Shown here one piece after another: positions 9,266-18,445 of a DNA stretch of 58,729 nucleotides. Location: positions 1-58,729 of IMG/VR virus record IMGVR_UViG_3300045912_000522; one strand, 5' to 3'. The notes beneath the pieces are model-generated. The model was not told the origin of the DNA and searched no databases. It saw only the letters and a program-made list of their open reading frames with translations. The number at the start of each line of letters is the position of its first letter. The stretch's first letter is position 1. The position numbers and the translations under genes are program-made. The DNA is from a virus (lineage: Duplodnaviria; Caudoviricetes).

Positions 9266-9275
9266 CTCGCGCCTC

Positions 9276-9438
9276 CTATCCGCCTTCGCGCCGCACCTTC
9301 ACGCGCTCGTCAACCTTCCGCCGAAGCTCCGATGAGGACAGAACGGCCATCATCGCCCTGAATAGGCCGTGTGGCTCCTTGTCGATGTCGAAGCCGCTCT
9401 CGGCAGCGTGCTCGCGAGCAACGGCCTCTATCTCCTCT
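9276..9438 (-). pseudogene. 3' remnant of an unknown gene truncated by IS element 1
   Basis: Open frame (T)EEIEAVAREHAAESGFDIDKEPHGLFRAMM...EGG* ending just before the portal RBS; no start codon. Confidence 0.45.
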
Positions 9439-10723
9439 GTAAGCTACCTCCCCGCTAAAGCGGGAGGCATTGCGCCTGGACGACGGCAGGCTCCTCCGAT
9501 GGGAGCCACGTCCGACACCATAGGCCGGCTTACGGCGGCCCGTGCTTCCCGGCCACGCCGGCAGACGTTGGTTGCCCCAACGAAGTCGGCGTTGGCCGAG
9601 AAGCCACACTTTTCACAGAGGAATTCGCTTTGGCTTCGACGGTTCTCTTTGGCACAATGCCCACATTGCGGACAGGTGCGCGAGGTGTTCCGGGGCTCCA
9701 CCAGGATCAGCGGGATGCCCGCTGCTGCCGCCTTGTAGGCGATAAACTGCCGGAGCTGGTGGAACGCCCAGGAGTTCCGTTCGTAGCGCTGGCTCTTTCG
9801 CACCGTTACTCGCTGGCGGATACCCTTGAGGTCTTCGAGAGCGAGTGCCCTTTGGCCGGAGCACGCTTTTTGAACGAGGTGTTTGGAGATGCAGTGGTTG
9901 ACGTGCTTGACGAAGCGGCTCTCCTTCCGCTTCACCTTCTTGAGGTGGCGTTTCGCTGACTTCGAGCCGCACTTCTGCAAACCTTGCCGCAGTCTCAGGT
10001 AGCGGCAGCGAACGGCGCGGATCGCCTCTCCCGTGTGCTCTTCGCCGTCGCTATCGACGGCAACGTTGACGATCCCCAGATCGACGCCCAGCACGTCGCC
10101 GGTTTCGGTAGGCGGCGGCGCCGGCAGATCGATCGTCACGTAGAGGTAGAAGGCGCCGTCCCGGTAGACGAGATCGGCCTGCCCCTGCCGGCGGTCCAGC
10201 CGGGCGGCCTGATAGGCGCCGTAGCGCAGGGGGATCACCTGCCGGCCGGCAAGGGTCAGGAGCGAGACGTGGGTCAGTCCTTTGAAGGACATGATCCGCT
10301 CGTCGTAGACCATCGCTCCGTGGGGCTTGAACCGGACGTGGACACGCTTGTCCCGTTTGTAGGCTTCGACGGCTTTGGAGATCGCCCGCACGGCCATCTG
10401 CGAGGAGAGGCCAAACCGTTCCCGAAGCGTGCCGTAGACGAGCGGCTGCAGGGCGATCTTGTTGGCAAGCCGCTTCTCATAGGCCACGTCCGCCACGTGC
10501 TGGCAGCCGGCGTTGAACGCTTCCAGAGTGGAGAGCAGTGCCGCGTGCTGTTCTGGCGACGGCTCAAGCTTCAGGACGATTGTCTGTTTCATACCTATAG
10601 TATAGCACAATCCGTGCCGCAAATCAATCTATGCGGAGCGGACTTCGGACACGCGGTGGGCGAATTCCTCCCCACGGCTGAAGCCGGAGGCTTCCTTCGC
10701 TCTCCGCTGCGGAAGGTTTTTCG
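9439..10723 (-). mobile_element. IS200/IS605-family (IS1341-like, tnpB-only) element 1
   Basis: Minus strand: target TCAC then CGAAAAACC left end with hairpin; right end ...GCTTTAGCGGGGAGGTAGCTTAC; ends shared with elements 2 and 3. Confidence 0.9.
9444..10592 (-). CDS. tnpB: TnpB RNA-guided nuclease
   Basis: RuvC D-E-D (GVDLG, ALEDL, NADFVGATN) and CPQCG..CEKCG zinc ribbon. Confidence 0.93.
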   Translation of the reverse strand: MKQTIVLKLEPSPEQHAALLSTLEAFNAGCQHVADVAYEKRLANKIALQPLVYGTLRERFGLSSQMAVRAISKAVEAYKRDKRVHVRFKPHGAMVYDERIMSFKGLTHVSLLTLAGRQVIPLRYGAYQAARLDRRQGQADLVYRDGAFYLYVTIDLPAPPPTETGDVLGVDLGIVNVAVDSDGEEHTGEAIRAVRCRYLRLRQGLQKCGSKSAKRHLKKVKRKESRFVKHVNHCISKHLVQKACSGQRALALEDLKGIRQRVTVRKSQRYERNSWAFHQLRQFIAYKAAAAGIPLILVEPRNTSRTCPQCGHCAKENRRSQSEFLCEKCGFSANADFVGATNVCRRGREARAAVSRPMVSDVAPIGGACRRPGAMPPALAGR

Positions 10724-10912
10724 GTGATGGATGACGTGGCCCTCCGGTATTGGGCCGTGCGCCGCCTTCCATATCTCACAATGCAATGCCCCGAGCCCGT
10801 GCTTCTTGCGATCGTGACGGGTCGGCCAGTAGTAGACGCGCTTCGACCTGTCCGGATGGTCCGGCCATCGCTGGAAGCGGAAGCCGTTGAATACGATAAC
10901 TTCCTTTCGCAT
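10724..10912 (-). pseudogene. HNH endonuclease 5' fragment truncated by IS element 1
   Basis: LHCEIWKAAHGPIPEGHVIHH then IS left end; TATAAT 7 nt upstream of ATG. Confidence 0.75.
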
Positions 10913-10943
10913 AATTGCTATTATACCATCCAGACAAGAGAAT

Positions 10944-12236
10944 TCAAAATGCGTGGGCCTCTCCGCCTCTTCCAGCCAGCATTAGCTCATGGATGGCCCA
11001 GCAGAGGGCGTCCATGCGGTCTGGGCTCGGCATCCCCGGCACCCAGTCCGTCATCTGGCTCTCCAGCTGCGCGAAGTAGCCGCAGTGGTGGACGTGCCCC
11101 TTTTCGTAGAGGCTGGAGACCGGCTCCGCCCGCGTCACCTTGCCCCGCGCTGCCCTCACGCCCTTATAGCTGACGCGCGGGGCCACCGTCCTCACGACGG
11201 CCTCGACCAACTCGCCGCCATTGTTCACCTCGGCCACGACCCTATCCGCCTTCCAGTCGTGATACGCCATCGCCACGGCTGCCGCCCACTCGGCCGGCTT
11301 CGCGCGCCGCGTCCGGTCGTCCAGCACGTAGCCGTGCCCGTCCACGCCCAGGCCGGCGACGATGATACCCGTCTCATTGCTATCCTCGCCGCTCGTTACC
11401 GCCGGGTCCACGCCGACGACGATACGCTTCAGCGCGGGCGCCTTCTTGACGCGCAGGTCGTCAATGAGCGTCTGGCTCCACAGCGCGTCCGGGTTGTCGA
11501 GGAGCAGTTCGGCGTTCAGCTCCTGCCGGCCAAGCCGCGTGCCCTCGTAGCGCTTGATGATGGCGTCGTAGAACGCCGGTGCCAGGTTCGCCCGGTTCTC
11601 GTAGGTGCTGCCGCGCGTCGGGACCGTATGCGGGTCCGCCAGCAGCTCGCGCAGCGCCTTGATGGGGCGCGGCGTCGTCGTGATGACGGCTCGCGGGTCG
11701 TCACCAAGCCGGAGGCCGAACATCGCCTGCGCCCACGCCTCGTCTACGTAGCGCCACGCCGCCAGCTCGTCGCCCCATAGGGCCTCGTGCTGCTTGCCAC
11801 GGAGCCGGTCAGGCTCGTCCGCGGTGAAGATAAGCGACACAGCGCCGTTCGGCCAGAGGAGCTTCCGCTCACTCTTCCTGAACTCCGGCCGCTCCTCGTC
11901 GCGGCAGATGGCGAGGATACCGCTCTCGCCCTCTACAAGGATGTCCCGAGCGTCGTCGGCCGTCGCCCCGATGAGGTTGACGAACCTGTGGCGCTTGACG
12001 CGCTCCCGAACCCACTCCGCACCCGACCTCGTTTTGCCGAAACCCCGCCCAGCCAGAATGACCCAATAGCGCCAGTCGCCCTCCGGCTCAATCTGCTCCG
12101 GTCGGGCGACAGAGAGCCAATCACGAGCGAGCCACCGCCTTATCTCCGGCGTCTGGTCCCGAAGAAACCTCGCGTGCGCTTCGGGCGTCATAGGCTCGGC
12201 GATATGAGGATTCCAGGGCCTCAAGCGGGTCGTCAT
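10944..12236 (-). CDS. terL: Terminase large subunit
   Basis: Walker A AGRGFGKT, DELAAW, TTTPRP, nuclease VGVDPA and PDRMDA; start uncertain (12236 or 12191). Confidence 0.93.
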   Translation of the reverse strand: MTTRLRPWNPHIAEPMTPEAHARFLRDQTPEIRRWLARDWLSVARPEQIEPEGDWRYWVILAGRGFGKTRSGAEWVRERVKRHRFVNLIGATADDARDILVEGESGILAICRDEERPEFRKSERKLLWPNGAVSLIFTADEPDRLRGKQHEALWGDELAAWRYVDEAWAQAMFGLRLGDDPRAVITTTPRPIKALRELLADPHTVPTRGSTYENRANLAPAFYDAIIKRYEGTRLGRQELNAELLLDNPDALWSQTLIDDLRVKKAPALKRIVVGVDPAVTSGEDSNETGIIVAGLGVDGHGYVLDDRTRRAKPAEWAAAVAMAYHDWKADRVVAEVNNGGELVEAVVRTVAPRVSYKGVRAARGKVTRAEPVSSLYEKGHVHHCGYFAQLESQMTDWVPGMPSPDRMDALCWAIHELMLAGRGGEAHAF

Positions 12237-12618
12237 TCTCGACCTTGACCTTCTGCTCGACACGGGCCGGTGCGTCGAGGCCGAGGAGTTCCCGCCGCGC
12301 CTTCGACAGCTTGACGTAGAGGTGTCCGGCCGCCACGTCTCCCGCCTCGACCTGCGGCCACACCGCCCCCGTCGCCACGTCGAGCCGCGCCAACTCCTCC
12401 GCAATGTGCCCGTCGAAGTCGAGGGACGCCCGACTGCGCCACTCCTCGCGGACGGCCTTCACGTCCCGGCAGACCGTCGTCAGCCCAATACCGAGGTCGG
12501 CAGCGATCCGGCGCTCGGTCCACCCCTGGCGGAGGCGAAACGCGACGGCGGCCCTCCGCTCGTCACGGAGGGCGTCGTCCGCTACCCGCTTCGTGTTCCG
12601 CTTTCCGCTGTCCGCCAT
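12121..12618 (-). CDS. terS: Terminase small subunit (HTH)
   Basis: HTH TERRIAADLGIGLTTVCRD, ELARLD, RRELLGLDAP; upstream of terL. Confidence 0.75.
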   Translation of the reverse strand: MADSGKRNTKRVADDALRDERRAAVAFRLRQGWTERRIAADLGIGLTTVCRDVKAVREEWRSRASLDFDGHIAEELARLDVATGAVWPQVEAGDVAAGHLYVKLSKARRELLGLDAPARVEQKVKVENDDPLEALESSYRRAYDARSAREVSSGPDAGDKAVARS

Positions 12619-12646
12619 AGTGTGTTCCGAGACATGTGTTCCTGCG

Positions 12647-12871
12647 TCACCCGCGCAGCACCCGCAGCCGCTCCAGCACGTCCATCGCCGCCAACTCCGG
12701 CACGACCGTCGAGCTATACGGCCCCGACGTGCTTCGTGCGATCGCGTCCACGCACACCCAGTAGCGCAGCCAGTGCGGCACCCGGCGCGCACACCAGAGG
12801 CACAGCCGCTCGCGGCGATCGCGCAGCCACGGGCCGACGCGCCACTCAATTTCTGCCAGTAGTCGCTTCAC
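12647..12871 (-). CDS. Hypothetical protein
   Basis: GTGA-coupled chain in late operon. Confidence 0.55.
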   Translation of the reverse strand: MKRLLAEIEWRVGPWLRDRRERLCLWCARRVPHWLRYWVCVDAIARSTSGPYSSTVVPELAAMDVLERLRVLRG

Positions 12872-13044
12872 GCTACCACCTTCCTTCGCTGCGGGCGCAC
12901 CAGATAGAACCGCCACCAGAGCGGCTTCGCCATCCACTCCCCCGCCTTACCACCGATCCCGAGCACTCGGCAGGGCTTCGGCGGCAATGGCCGCGTCGAG
13001 AATACGATCCGGCCCACCTTCCAGAAGCGCGAGAGGCGCTTCAC
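12868..13044 (-). CDS. Hypothetical basic protein
   Basis: GTGA overlaps at both ends. Confidence 0.5.
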   Translation of the reverse strand: MKRLSRFWKVGRIVFSTRPLPPKPCRVLGIGGKAGEWMAKPLWWRFYLVRPQRRKVVA

Positions 13045-13760
13045 CTGTCGGCCCTCACCAGCACGTCCGCGCCGTCCGCCTCGACCGTCAGCCCCGCCGC
13101 GTTGCAGAGTGCCCGCAGGCGCACCCACGTCTGCCCCTGGCGAATCTCCCAGTCGTCGCACGGCACCTCCGTCACGAAGTCGGGACCGATGACCTTCAGG
13201 CGCCTCGGCTGCTCCGTCAGCCGCGTCACCTCGTCGAGCAAGGCAAAGGTGCCCCCGCGCTCAACGAACTCGCCGAGCGAGACGGTAGGCGTCTCGCCGG
13301 GTCGCCACACCATTGCGTAGTGCTCGAACCAGCGGCGCACATCGGCCAGCGGGAACTCGGAGCCAGGGCACACCGTCGGGTGCGTCGGCAGCGCCTTCTC
13401 GCGATGACCCGCCACCTCCAGCGCCGGTCGGGCGAACCGGCCGGCATACTTCCAGTTGCGATCGAGCAGCCAGCCGCCGAGCGTCGCGAGTTGCGCCTTC
13501 GTCGGCCGCCCGGTGAAGCCCGGCGAGTGTTTGTCGAACTGGCCGATCAGGGCAACGTGCAGAAGGCCCGTGTTCGCACCGTAGACGCCGGCACCGACCT
13601 GCTCATCCGGCCGGCCCTGCTGGAACACGCCGTCGGGGAGGATGAGCCCGTGATAGCCGATGTCAGACCAGCCCTTCGCGCGGTGCTCCCGGCGGAACCG
13701 CTCGACGTCGCCGGTCGCCGTCGCCGTATGGTGGAGGCAGAGGCAGGAGAGCTTCCTCAC
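13041..13760 (-). CDS. Endolysin, N-acetylmuramoyl-L-alanine amidase
   Basis: LHHTA, GWSDIGYH, GH...CPG zinc-amidase motifs plus a short C-terminal domain. Confidence 0.88.
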   Translation of the reverse strand: MRKLSCLCLHHTATATGDVERFRREHRAKGWSDIGYHGLILPDGVFQQGRPDEQVGAGVYGANTGLLHVALIGQFDKHSPGFTGRPTKAQLATLGGWLLDRNWKYAGRFARPALEVAGHREKALPTHPTVCPGSEFPLADVRRWFEHYAMVWRPGETPTVSLGEFVERGGTFALLDEVTRLTEQPRRLKVIGPDFVTEVPCDDWEIRQGQTWVRLRALCNAAGLTVEADGADVLVRADR

Positions 13761-14122
13761 AAGGTCACCTCGGAAGACGCCGTCATCTCCGAACCCGAGC
13801 GCGCCGAGTCCACAGCCGATCGGGGGACGAAGCGCACATTGAGACCGCTCACGCCCTCCAGTTCCCGAACTCGCCCCTCCAGCCGTGCCAATGCCGTCTC
13901 CAGCCGTTCGGCCCGCGAGTTCGCCGCAGCAGCGCTGTTCTCCACAGCAGTCAGCCGGGCGACGAAAGAAGCCCGCTCATCGGCGAGGGCCTGGCGCAAG
14001 GTCTCCGTCCGTGCCTGCTCGCGCTTCAGGTCATCGAGACGCCCGTCGAGCTTGCAGAACTCGTCCTGAAGCTCCTCGACAGCACCCCACCCGAGCCACC
14101 GCCGGATCCAAGCTCGTATCAC
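13757..14122 (-). CDS. Coiled-coil protein in lysis cassette
   Basis: Amphipathic N-terminus (IRAWIRRWLGW) and heptad repeats. Confidence 0.55.
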   Translation of the reverse strand: MIRAWIRRWLGWGAVEELQDEFCKLDGRLDDLKREQARTETLRQALADERASFVARLTAVENSAAAANSRAERLETALARLEGRVRELEGVSGLNVRFVPRSAVDSARSGSEMTASSEVTL

Positions 14123-14361
14123 CGCGCCTTCTCTCCCAGCGCGAACACAGGGCATGACTGCAGCGAGGTGAGCGCGAACTGCCCCGCCTCGCGGGCGAAC
14201 GCCTCCGGGTCCTGTTCGCGCCAATAGCGCTTGTCCTGCCACTCGAAGCGGAACACGCGGGCCGCGACCGGATCAATGCGCCACAGCCGGCCGGTGAACG
14301 TCTGCACGGCCCAGATGTAGCGCGGCTCGCCCTTCGCTTTCGGGGGTGCCGCCGCGCTCAT
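14119..14361 (-). CDS. Hypothetical protein
   Basis: Coupled overlaps at both ends. Confidence 0.55.
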   Translation of the reverse strand: MSAAAPPKAKGEPRYIWAVQTFTGRLWRIDPVAARVFRFEWQDKRYWREQDPEAFAREAGQFALTSLQSCPVFALGEKAR

Positions 14362-14843
14362 TGGCCGTCCGCTCCCGACAGGGCGCGGTGCGCGAGAAGG
14401 AGCGCCCTGTCGAGCCGCTGCTCGACAGCGAGCCGCTCCCGCCGGGCGGCCACGACCGCGCCCGCGTCTCGCGCCTCCTTGGCCGCCACGACATCGGCCG
14501 CCTTGTCTGGATAGGCCGCGAGGGCGGCGGCTGCCTCCAGCAGGTGCGCTGCGGCCGCCTCCGCGAGCGGGCGGATGAGGGCGCGCCGCTGCTCCAGTGT
14601 GACGCCCCGCATTTCATGCTCCATCAGGCCGTCGATCTGCTTCGTCATCGCGCGGGAGAGCGACTGCGAGGCGGCGCGGCCCTGCTCGGCCGTGAGGCGC
14701 TTCTGGAGGATCCGCTCGACGCCGCGGCCGATGTTGCCGCCGGCCAGTGCGGCGCCCAGCACTTCCTGCACGAGCGCCGGCACATCGACGGCTTCTCGGG
14801 CGTGCTCCAGTGCCAGTTGCTCCAGCGTCTCCGCGAGCTTCAC
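14358..14843 (-). CDS. Hypothetical helical protein
   Basis: GTGA overlap with holin stop. Confidence 0.55.
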   Translation of the reverse strand: MKLAETLEQLALEHAREAVDVPALVQEVLGAALAGGNIGRGVERILQKRLTAEQGRAASQSLSRAMTKQIDGLMEHEMRGVTLEQRRALIRPLAEAAAAHLLEAAAALAAYPDKAADVVAAKEARDAGAVVAARRERLAVEQRLDRALLLAHRALSGADGQ

Positions 14844-15214
14844 GGCGACACCTCGTCCCGATCGGCCTCCCCGTCCGGCTCCGTCGCCGCTGTGGCCTGG
14901 CTGAAGTGGCGCACCCTCGGCTCTGGCTGCGGCGCCGTCGTCGCCAACATCGCCTCGGCCAGCTTCTGCGTCGTCACGCTCGCCCCGGCTGCCGCTTGAA
15001 GCGTCCGCGCCGCCAGGTCCAGATCCAGGCTCGCGGTCTCCGACTGCCGGGCGATCGTGTCCCGAATGGTCGCCGCCAACGCTCCGATGAGTGCGACGAG
15101 TGCGCTCTGCCACGTCAGTTCCCCCTTCGCGGCCACGTCCGCCAGCGCATAGCAGACCGCGCCGAGTGCCAGCCACGTCGTCTTCGAACGCCAGAAATCT
15201 GTTGCGAAACGCAC
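14840..15214 (-). CDS. Putative holin
   Basis: FWRSKTTW followed by two hydrophobic segments; in lysis cassette. Confidence 0.65.
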   Translation of the reverse strand: MRFATDFWRSKTTWLALGAVCYALADVAAKGELTWQSALVALIGALAATIRDTIARQSETASLDLDLAARTLQAAAGASVTTQKLAEAMLATTAPQPEPRVRHFSQATAATEPDGEADRDEVSP

Positions 15215-15222
15215 GGTGTCTC

Positions 15223-15456
15223 CTATTGGCCGCCGTTGCCGATACGGCCGGAGAGGCGATACAGCACCTTCCCCAGTTCTTCGAACCGCCGAGCGTCATC
15301 TTGGGCGTGGGCTTTCATCTCGTCCCCCAGGTCCCTCACGTCGGTTCGGAGGTCGTCGAGCTTCTGGCTCAATCGACCCATCGTCAGCAGTACGCCGACG
15401 AGTGCCGAGACTGCTGTCAGCAGGTGCCCAGCGTTCAGGTTCCAGTCAATCTGCAC
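15223..15456 (-). CDS. Membrane-anchored coiled-coil protein (lysis-associated)
   Basis: One TM segment plus coiled coil; RBS GGAGG. Confidence 0.6.
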   Translation of the reverse strand: MQIDWNLNAGHLLTAVSALVGVLLTMGRLSQKLDDLRTDVRDLGDEMKAHAQDDARRFEELGKVLYRLSGRIGNGGQ

Positions 15457-15621
15457 GCTCCCGCCTCCCCCTCAAGTTCAACCTACCTCCATTGTATTCG
15501 TTGGCGGAATTCCTGGCAAGCTTTAGGTGTTACGTCTGTTCAACTTATTGCTTGCCGAGTGCCTGCCGTTGGACTTAACATGGAGGTGTCGTCGCGTCGG
15601 TTGAACCAGAGGAGGCATTCC

Positions 15622-16867
15622 GTAAGCTACCTCCCCGCTAAAGCGAGAGGCATTTCGCTCCCGGCGGGGTGGCTTGCCGAACCCACTGCGTCGGCGTGCG
15701 GCCGGCTTACAGCGGCCCAGCCCCGAACACGGATGTTCAGGGCTGCGATCAGATCGGCCAGCCCAGCGAGGCCGCACCGCTGACATGTGAACGTGGCTTG
15801 ATCGGGCCGGTTCTCCTTGGCGCAATGGCCGCACGAAGGACACGTCCGACTGGTGTTCTTGGGGTCTACGTAGACCACGCGCACCCCGGCGAGCTTCGCC
15901 TTGTAGGCGATGAAGGAGCGGAGTTGATGGAACGACCAGCAATGCAGCGCGGCCCGCTGGGGCTTCCGAGCCCGAACCCGCGTGCGAATACCCTTCAAGT
16001 CTTCCAGGGCGATCGCCCGCTTCGCGCGTTGGGCCTCGGCCACGATGCGCTTGGCTATCGTATGGTTCGTGTGGGTGGCGAAGCGCCGCTCCTTGCGGCG
16101 GCGCTTCTGGAGCAGACGACGCGAGGAGCGGGTCCACCTGGCGGAGAGCTTCGCCCGCAGGCGGCGATGTCGCTTGCGAAGCCGGTTGACGTGGCTACCG
16201 GAGTAGCGGTTCCCGTCGCTATCGACGGCGATGTTGACGACGCCCAGATCGACGCCGAGCACGTCGCAGGCAACGCCTTCCGGCGGCTCCTCGACGTTGA
16301 CGGTGGCGAAGAGATACCAAACGCCGTCGCGCAAGACGAGATCGCTCTCTCCCAGCCGGCAGGCCAGCAGGCGACGAGCCCGCTCGTCGCAGACGAAGGG
16401 GATAGAGCGACGGCCTTCGACCGTCCAGATGGACACGCGATCCTCACCGTAGCGGAGGATACGGTCGTCGTAGGCGATGGAGCCGTGGCGGCGGAAGAGA
16501 CGGAGGCGCTTGCGGTCCAGCTTGTAGGCGTCCACGACCTTGGAGGTCACGCGCACGACGAGCTGGGCCGTCAGGCCGAAGCGGGCCTTGATGTCGTAGT
16601 AGGTGGCCTTCTGAAGCGCAAACTGCCCGAAGGTGCGCGTCTCCCAGGCCACCTGGCTGATGGCGTTGGCGGCGTCGTTGGCGCGTTCCAGTGTTGCCAG
16701 GAGGGCAGCATGGTCCTCGGGAGTTGTTACGAGCTTCAGTTGGACGATCAGCTTCACGTATCTATTATAGACGGCTGGCGACAATCCGTCAAGCACGCGA
16801 GGGGCGAATTCCTCCCCATCCCTGAAGGGAGGGGCTTCCTTCGCTATGGAGTTCGGAGGGTTTTTCC
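15622..16867 (-). mobile_element. IS200/IS605-family tnpB-only element 2
   Basis: TCAC|GGAAAAACCC left end; ...GGTAGCTTAC right end. Confidence 0.9.
15627..16757 (-). CDS. tnpB: TnpB RNA-guided nuclease
   Basis: GVDLG, ALEDL, LADLIAALN and zinc ribbon; TTGACG-N17-TATAAT 6 nt before GTG. Confidence 0.93.
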   Translation of the reverse strand: MKLIVQLKLVTTPEDHAALLATLERANDAANAISQVAWETRTFGQFALQKATYYDIKARFGLTAQLVVRVTSKVVDAYKLDRKRLRLFRRHGSIAYDDRILRYGEDRVSIWTVEGRRSIPFVCDERARRLLACRLGESDLVLRDGVWYLFATVNVEEPPEGVACDVLGVDLGVVNIAVDSDGNRYSGSHVNRLRKRHRRLRAKLSARWTRSSRRLLQKRRRKERRFATHTNHTIAKRIVAEAQRAKRAIALEDLKGIRTRVRARKPQRAALHCWSFHQLRSFIAYKAKLAGVRVVYVDPKNTSRTCPSCGHCAKENRPDQATFTCQRCGLAGLADLIAALNIRVRGWAAVSRPHADAVGSASHPAGSEMPLALAGR

Positions 16868-17677
16868 GTGAGGGGAAACAGGCTCTCGACCCAGGAACAG
16901 GCTGCACTCTGCGCCATCGCGCAGAGGCGCGCACCGGGAGACCCGGCCGCCGCCGAGGAGCGGCTCCTTCTGCAGTTCGACGGGCTCTGCAAGCGGCTGG
17001 CGGGTAAGCTCGCGTTCGTGATCGACTACGATGACGGACTGCAGGAGGCACGGTGCGCAGCCCTGCGCGCCTTCCGAACCTTCAATTCGGCCCGCGGCGT
17101 CCAGCTCTGCACGTATGTCCACAGTGCCATCGTCAACGCCCTACGGCGCCTCATGCAGCGAACGGCGACCACGATCACGTTCCCGGCCTACGTCTACAAC
17201 GAGCTGCGCGTGATTGATGCAGCCGAAGCCCAACTTCAAGAGAAGTCCGGCCGAAGCCCCTCCGACGAAGAGCTGGCGGACGTGATCGGCTTGCCTGCTG
17301 ATCGTGTGCGCGCCCGCCGGCTGGTGCTCCGGCACCGCCTCTCTCTCGACGCTGCCGCCACGAACTCCGATGGCAAGCCCGTAACCCTCGCCGACTTTAT
17401 TCCCGATGACGGCCCCCTGCTGGAAGACGCCGTGGCGGACGCCGACGAATTCGCCCGCGTCATAGGCCCCGCTCTCGACGCCCTCACGCCAAAGCAACGC
17501 GACGTCCTCCTCCGCCGCTTCGGCCTTCCGCCCTACGAGTGGCCGCACACGATGCGCGAGGTCGCGGAGGCGTGGAGGACGACCCCGCAATACGTCAACA
17601 ACATCGAGCAGAGCGCCCTCCGGCGTATGCGCGCCCTCCTGGGCCTGGGGAGCGAGGAGGACGCGCAGGCAGCGTGA
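16868..17677 (+). CDS. Sigma-70 family RNA polymerase sigma factor
   Basis: Region 2 (DDGLQEA..AFRTFNSARG..TYV), region 3 (GRSPSDEELA), region 4 (LTPKQRDVLLRRFGL..TMREVA..IEQSALRRMR). Confidence 0.88.
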   Translation: MRGNRLSTQEQAALCAIAQRRAPGDPAAAEERLLLQFDGLCKRLAGKLAFVIDYDDGLQEARCAALRAFRTFNSARGVQLCTYVHSAIVNALRRLMQRTATTITFPAYVYNELRVIDAAEAQLQEKSGRSPSDEELADVIGLPADRVRARRLVLRHRLSLDAAATNSDGKPVTLADFIPDDGPLLEDAVADADEFARVIGPALDALTPKQRDVLLRRFGLPPYEWPHTMREVAEAWRTTPQYVNNIEQSALRRMRALLGLGSEEDAQAA

Positions 17678-17793
17678 GGTTTAACTTGTCGCTCTGCATC
17701 TGGACAGAGTTTCAACCGTTCTCCCAGTGGGTATAACTGCGGTGGGGTAAGTTCAACCGGCACTGCCGCCGACAATCCAGGGGGAGGACACCA

Positions 17794-18147
17794 ATGCCAC
17801 GAGGTAAGCCGCGCGAGGTCACCATACGCGACGTAGACGGCCGGGAGGTCATCGGCGAGGCGGTTCACGCGCACGTCATCCTCCCGGCGGAGGATGTCTG
17901 GGAGCTTCGGGACTACGCCCGAACCAGTGGCGAAGGCTATGCGGCAATGCTGGAGCGCCTCCTACGCGAAGCACTGACGCCCTTGGTGCAAGAACTCCGC
18001 GAGGCCCGCCGCCAGTCAGAGGCCGAACGCAAGGCGAAGATGCAGCGGGCACAGACACTGCTCCAAGAGGTTCGCACACTCGCACAGGAGGGCGCGATCA
18101 GCCAGCGAGAACTCCGCGAGCTGGAGCGCAGCGTCGCCCGCAAATAG
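17794..18147 (+). CDS. Putative ribbon-helix-helix regulator with coiled-coil tail
   Basis: HAHVILPAEDVWELRDYA..YAAMLERLLREAL beta-alpha-alpha pattern; boxes upstream. Confidence 0.5.
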   Translation: MPRGKPREVTIRDVDGREVIGEAVHAHVILPAEDVWELRDYARTSGEGYAAMLERLLREALTPLVQELREARRQSEAERKAKMQRAQTLLQEVRTLAQEGAISQRELRELERSVARK

Positions 18148-18149
18148 AG

Positions 18150-18345
18150 CGAGCCGGAGGTTGTCGTCCCCCGGCCCGCCAAAGGTGCCGCCCTTCCCCG
18201 GCTGGGAACTACTCTTCTCGTGTGCCTATCCCCCGCAGGGCTATCGCCTGAATGAGGGCGCGATACGGGCGGCTGCCCGGCCTGTATTCGGTTGACTTGG
18301 TGCGGCACCCCTCGCACATGGGCGGACCATTGATTGAAGCTGCCG
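18150..18345 (-). ncRNA. Putative structured RNA downstream of the tRNAs
   Basis: No credible ORF; several GC hairpins; co-oriented with tRNA operon. Confidence 0.3.
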
Positions 18346-18350
18346 ACCAG

Positions 18351-18422
18351 AGCCGCCACCGGAAATCGAACCCAGATACTCCGCCTTACAAGGGCGGTGC
18401 TCAACCATTGAGCTGTAGCGGC
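18351..18422 (-). tRNA. tRNA-Thr(TGT)
   Basis: Cloverleaf GCCGCTA../CCGCC-CTTGTAA-GGCGG/GGTTCGATT; no encoded CCA. Confidence 0.88.
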
Positions 18423-18445
18423 GTGCGCTGTCGTGTGCAATGAGA

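Noticed and set aside
15627-17051. Long N-terminal extensions of tnpB ORFs in the track
   Set aside because: They run through the IS left end; promoter position and homology place starts at 10592, 16757 and 22320.
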